DNA of 64,000 nt from Dehalococcoidia bacterium (GTDB lineage Bacteria > Chloroflexota > Dehalococcoidia > Bin125): positions 45,736 to 109,735 of the forward strand of contig CBDCPP010000002.1 in the NCBI GenBank assembly GCA_965220315.1, in the 5' to 3' direction. A model generated the notes under the pieces. It saw only the letters and a program-made list of their open reading frames with translations, did no database searches and was not told where the DNA came from. Shown here piece after piece: positions 60,901 through 64,000 of this stretch. Within the stretch, counting starts at the first letter, position 1; each line of letters begins with the position of its first letter. Position numbers and translations under genes: made by a program.

Positions 60901-62335
60901 AGCCGTGCACCCCGAAACGGGGGAGGTGCTGGCCGAATCCAGCACGCTGCTGGATGAAGACACGCTGGACAAGCTGACCGAGCAAGGGGTGAGCAGTTTC
61001 TACGTTCGCAGTCCGATGCTTTGCAATTCGCGCGTCGGCGTTTGCCAGAAATGCTACGGCCGCAGTTTGGCCACGGGCCGTCCCGTGGAACTAGGCGAAG
61101 CGGTGGGAATCATCGCTGCGCAGAGCATTGGCGAACCGGGAACACAGCTGACGATGCGGACGTTCCACACAGGCGGAGTGGCGGGGCAGGACATTACAAG
61201 CGGGTTGCCGCGCGTAGAGGAACTTTTCGAGGCGCGTGCCCCCAAGGGTCAAGCTGTGATCGCTGAGATCGACGGGCAGGTATCGATCTTGCGTGAGGGA
61301 GAGATCCGCAAGGTTCGGCTGACAGCTCGGGAGACCTTCCGCGATGAATACGAGCTACCAGCTGGCGCGCGCACTATTGTGAAGGATGGGGACGAGGTGG
61401 AGGAGGGTGCGGAGCTCGCCACGCTGCCCGCAGCGGAAGACGAAGCTACCAAGCCGAAGCAGCGTCCGGCGATCCGCGCGCGTGTCGCCGGACGCGTGGA
61501 GCGGAAGGCGCGTGCTCGCAAGATCGGGATCGTGTACGAGCACGAAGACGTGCGCGAGTACGCGATCCCCGCCGCCGCGCGGCTGCGGCTTGATGAAGGC
61601 GCGCAGGTGCAAGGGGGCGACCAGATCACCGAAGGTGCCGTGAATCCGCAGGACATGCTGCGCATCCTCGGGGTCGACGCTGTGCACCGCTATCTCGTGA
61701 CCGAGGTCCAGCAGGTCTACCGCGCGCAAGGGGTCAACATCAACGACAAACACATTGAGGTGATCGTGCGGCAGATGTTGCGCCGCGTGCGGATCGAGCA
61801 TCCGGGCGACTCGGATCTGTTGGCTGGCGAGCTGATCGATCGCTTCGCCTATGAGGAACTCAACCAGCGCCTGCTGACGGCGGGGCAGGAGCCCGCAACG
61901 GCACAGTCCGTGCTGCTGGGAGTGACACGGGCCTCGCTCTCAGTCGACTCGTGGTTGGCAGCCGCGTCGTTCCAAGAGACGACGCGGGTGCTCACCGAGG
62001 CTGCAGTGCAGGGTTCCGTGGACCAGCTAGAAGGACTCAAGGAGAACGTTATCATCGGCAAGCTGATTCCGGCGCGCTCGAAGATCGAGTTGCCGTCGTT
62101 GCCAGAGCCGGAGCCAGTAAGTGTGCTGAGCACCGGCGACTATGGCGAAGGCCTACTCGAGCCCGAACAACAGGTCGGCCGTCTGAGCGACGAGCAACTG
62201 GCAGGTCTCGGCTTCAGCTTCGACGAATTGAGGGAGAAGGCTGGAGAGCCGGTTGGAGCAGCTGCCAGCGGTGGTTTCAGTCTCGACTCGATCACCAAGG
62301 AGGGATACGTCGCTGAGCCAGGAGAAGACGACTAG
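57899..62335 (+). CDS. rpoC: DNA-directed RNA polymerase beta' subunit
   Basis: Zn-finger cysteines, [20 protein letters not shown]. Confidence 0.98.
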   Translation: MLEVNDFDAIRIALASSDQIRSWSYGEVTKPETINYRTLKPEKDGLFCEKIFGPQKDFECMCGKYKRVRYKGIICDKCGVEVTRSKVRRERMAHIELAAPVSHIWFVKGTPSRMALLLDISPRALERVLYFAQFIISAVNEEQRAKAIERLKLDAKDDVEDAETDLDQKLAQVEKARETALAEIQTALKQALQANEEALEKRTATLQEEAQALRVAVEESDGKTARRNLTLNEVVIVRYTEPVVARRVLKTVEKKLAQQIRAAERQAKKDAAAIEKQVAKDEQDTRDRFFVQENGLREQFNTLRDEINNGAQDRLAELATLRDPVQELDFSAAVLTEQRAVELRERYPGVIHVGMGAEALLSILDRIDLDELSTRLQNQVASAVGQRRKKAMKRLRVVEALRKSGNKAQWMVFQALPVLPPDLRPMVQLDGGRFATSDLNDLYRRVINRNNRLKRLLELGAPEIIIRNEKRMLQESVDSLIDNGRRGRAVTGSGSHKLKSLSDMLKGKQGRFRQNLLGKRVDYAGRSVIVVGPGLKLHQCGLPKRMALELFKPFIMHELVERGLAHNIKSAKRVVERAHPEVWDVLDDVVKSRPVLLNRAPTLHRLGIQAFEPVLVDGSAIQIHPLVCAAFNADFDGDQMAVHVPLGREAVAEARQIMLSTRNLLSPSSGEPVIAPTLDMVMGCYYLTIVTENQQGEYRAGSPPQGVYSSFEEARLAHDLNKLSLHAKILVRDERTNSELVKTTVGRIIFDEVVPKGLPYQNALMDKKALKELVTRSYVELGTDETAEFADHIKHVGFRYATRSGITIAADEIRVPEEKEALLQEAQQRVEEIREQYQMGLMTGTERYDQTVQVWTEATDKVTNAISDHLGEYGSVYLMVASGAKGNIAQVRQMAGMRGLMSDPSGRIIELPIRSSFKEGLSVLEYFISTHGARKGLADTALRTADSGYLTRRLIDVAQDVIVREEDCVNPNGLLFREQPEDRGLLEPLRERVAGRFLAGVAVHPETGEVLAESSTLLDEDTLDKLTEQGVSSFYVRSPMLCNSRVGVCQKCYGRSLATGRPVELGEAVGIIAAQSIGEPGTQLTMRTFHTGGVAGQDITSGLPRVEELFEARAPKGQAVIAEIDGQVSILREGEIRKVRLTARETFRDEYELPAGARTIVKDGDEVEEGAELATLPAAEDEATKPKQRPAIRARVAGRVERKARARKIGIVYEHEDVREYAIPAAARLRLDEGAQVQGGDQITEGAVNPQDMLRILGVDAVHRYLVTEVQQVYRAQGVNINDKHIEVIVRQMLRRVRIEHPGDSDLLAGELIDRFAYEELNQRLLTAGQEPATAQSVLLGVTRASLSVDSWLAAASFQETTRVLTEAAVQGSVDQLEGLKENVIIGKLIPARSKIELPSLPEPEPVSVLSTGDYGEGLLEPEQQVGRLSDEQLAGLGFSFDELREKAGEPVGAAASGGFSLDSITKEGYVAEPGEDD

Positions 62336-62387
62336 TTCTCTCTACATCCCTTTTTTCTAGTCAAGGGCCTCCAAAAGACAGAGGCCA

Positions 62388-62427
62388 CGAACGAGAACGG
62401 GGCCCCTTGGGGCCCCGTTCTCGTTCG
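62388..62427. terminator. Perfect 19-bp inverted repeat between convergent rpoC and groEL
   Basis: CGAACGAGAACGGGGCCCC-TT-GGGGCCCCGTTCTCGTTCG. Confidence 0.75.
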
Positions 62428-62461
62428 CCTATTTAGATCTGACGATCTAACAGTCCTCTGA

Positions 62462-64000
62462 CTAGTAATCCTCTGGCATCCCAGCGCCAGGCGGAATCGC
62501 CGGCGCGTTGACGGGGATGTCTGTGACCAGCGAGTCCGTAGTCAACACCATCCCGGCGATGGAAACGGCGTTTTCGATAGCGGACCGCACAACCTTGACG
62601 GGGTCGAGGATGCCCAACTCGAACATACTGCCGTACTGGTCGCGAGCCGCATCGTAGCCATACTCGGCGTTGTCCTTACGGCTGACAGCATTGACCACAA
62701 CCGCCCCTTCTTGTCCAGCGTTCTCAGCGATACGGACGAGGGGAGAGACGAGCGCCGTGTGAAGCAACTCGACTGCCGTGAGTTCGTCACCATCGAGCTG
62801 TTTGCGCAGAGGCTCCAGCGCGGAGCGGGAGCGGAGCAAGGCAACGCCACCACCAGCGACGATCCCCTCCTCCACCGCAGCGCGGGTAGCGCTGAGCGCA
62901 TCCTCAAGCTTGGCCTTCTTCTCTTTCAGCTCCACTTCAGTAGGAGCACCAACCTTGAGGACGGCCACGCCACCTGCCAGGCGGGCCTGGCGCTCTTGGA
63001 GCTTCTCGCGATCGAAATCGGACGAGGTGACATCAATGGCAGCGCGGATCTCCTTCATGCGATTCTGAACCGCCTCATCGCTTCCTGCACCTTCGACGAT
63101 CGTAGTACTGTCCTTGGTCGAAACGACGCGGCGCGCCCGGCCGAGGTCGGCTACTTGTATCTGCTCCAAAGTCCGGCCCATATCCCTGAGAATCGCGGTG
63201 CCACCGGTGAGAATGGCGATATCCTCAAGCATCGCCTTGCGCCGGTCGCCGAAACCGGGCGCCTTGATCGCGAGCACATTGACAGTGCCACGCATCTTGT
63301 TGACGACCAGAGTGGCGAGCGCTTCGCCGTCGATATCCTCGGCGATGATTATGAAATTCTTCGTGATCTGCAGTACCTTCTCGACGAGCGGGACGATGTC
63401 ATTGACAGCCGAGATTTTGTAGTCGGTCAGAAGGATGTAGGCGTCCTCAATGGATGCCTCCATGCGGTCGGGATTAGTGACGAAGTAGGGGGAGATGTAG
63501 CCGCGGTCCCACTGCAACCCGTCGACGAATTCCGTATCCATCTGCAGGCCCTTGGACTCCTCGACCGTGATGACGCCATCCTTGCCGACCTTTTCCATGA
63601 CATCGGCGATCATCTGGCCGACCTCTTCGTTGGCCGCACTGATGGAGGCGACCGCAGCGATCTCATCCTTGGTCTGCACCGGCCGCGCTTGACTGCGCAG
63701 CTCCTCCACGATCGCGCGCGATCCGTTATCGAGGCCGCGCTTCAGTCCCATCGCACTGGCCCCAGCGGCGAGGTTGCGCATGCCTTCGCCAACGATCGCC
63801 TGGGCAAGCACGGTCGCAGTAGTGGTGCCGTCACCGGCGACATCGTTGGTGCGGGTTGCGACCTCCTTGGCGAGCTGCGCGCCTAAGTTTTCAAAGGGGC
63901 CCTGCAATTCGATCTCGCGGGCGATTGTCACGCCGTCATTGATGATCAGGGGAGCGCCAAACTTCTTTTCCAACACCACGTTGCGGCCACGTGGACCCAG
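62462..64000 (-). CDS. groEL: Chaperonin GroEL (5' end beyond the window)
   Basis: [35 protein letters not shown]. Confidence 0.97.
   Translation of the reverse strand: MGPRGRNVVLEKKFGAPLIINDGVTIAREIELQGPFENLGAQLAKEVATRTNDVAGDGTTTATVLAQAIVGEGMRNLAAGASAMGLKRGLDNGSRAIVEELRSQARPVQTKDEIAAVASISAANEEVGQMIADVMEKVGKDGVITVEESKGLQMDTEFVDGLQWDRGYISPYFVTNPDRMEASIEDAYILLTDYKISAVNDIVPLVEKVLQITKNFIIIAEDIDGEALATLVVNKMRGTVNVLAIKAPGFGDRRKAMLEDIAILTGGTAILRDMGRTLEQIQVADLGRARRVVSTKDSTTIVEGAGSDEAVQNRMKEIRAAIDVTSSDFDREKLQERQARLAGGVAVLKVGAPTEVELKEKKAKLEDALSATRAAVEEGIVAGGGVALLRSRSALEPLRKQLDGDELTAVELLHTALVSPLVRIAENAGQEGAVVVNAVSRKDNAEYGYDAARDQYGSMFELGILDPVKVVRSAIENAVSIAGMVLTTDSLVTDIPVNAPAIPPGAGMPEDY

Noticed and set aside
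1-64000. Many long antisense or alternate-frame ORFs; CRISPR arrays, rRNA, transposases
   Set aside because: Shadow ORFs are expected at high GC and overlap well-supported genes; no spaced repeats, rRNA or transposase motifs were seen

Overview
GC-rich bacterial chromosomal segment. Gene content and style (many luciferase-like monooxygenases, CaiB CoA-transferases, complex I without NuoEFG, RpoC with an N-terminal coiled-coil insert, GlnR-like regulator) point to Chloroflexota, probably Dehalococcoidia; this assignment is an inference. The first ~26 kb is accessory catabolism (three LLMs, SDR, hydrolases, CoA-transferases, amidase) plus fbp, class I fba, pyk and dodecin. It includes a Co-type nitrile hydratase operon whose accessory protein is fused to a Cys-rich thioredoxin-like ferredoxin-type domain and is followed by a coupled protein of unknown function, the best candidate for an undescribed cobalt-delivery system. 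At 26.6-30.8 kb a small island beside tRNA-Thr(CGT) carries a large LRR/Ig-repeat surface protein. The rest is core: lipA, a glnR-like gene with two glutamine synthetases (glnA has a duplicated translation-initiation region), nuoABCDHJKLMN (no nuoI, no nuoEFG, NuoC with a long repeated Lys/Ala tail), valS, secA, prs, rpoBC and partial groEL. All calls come from reading motifs by eye; no searches were run.
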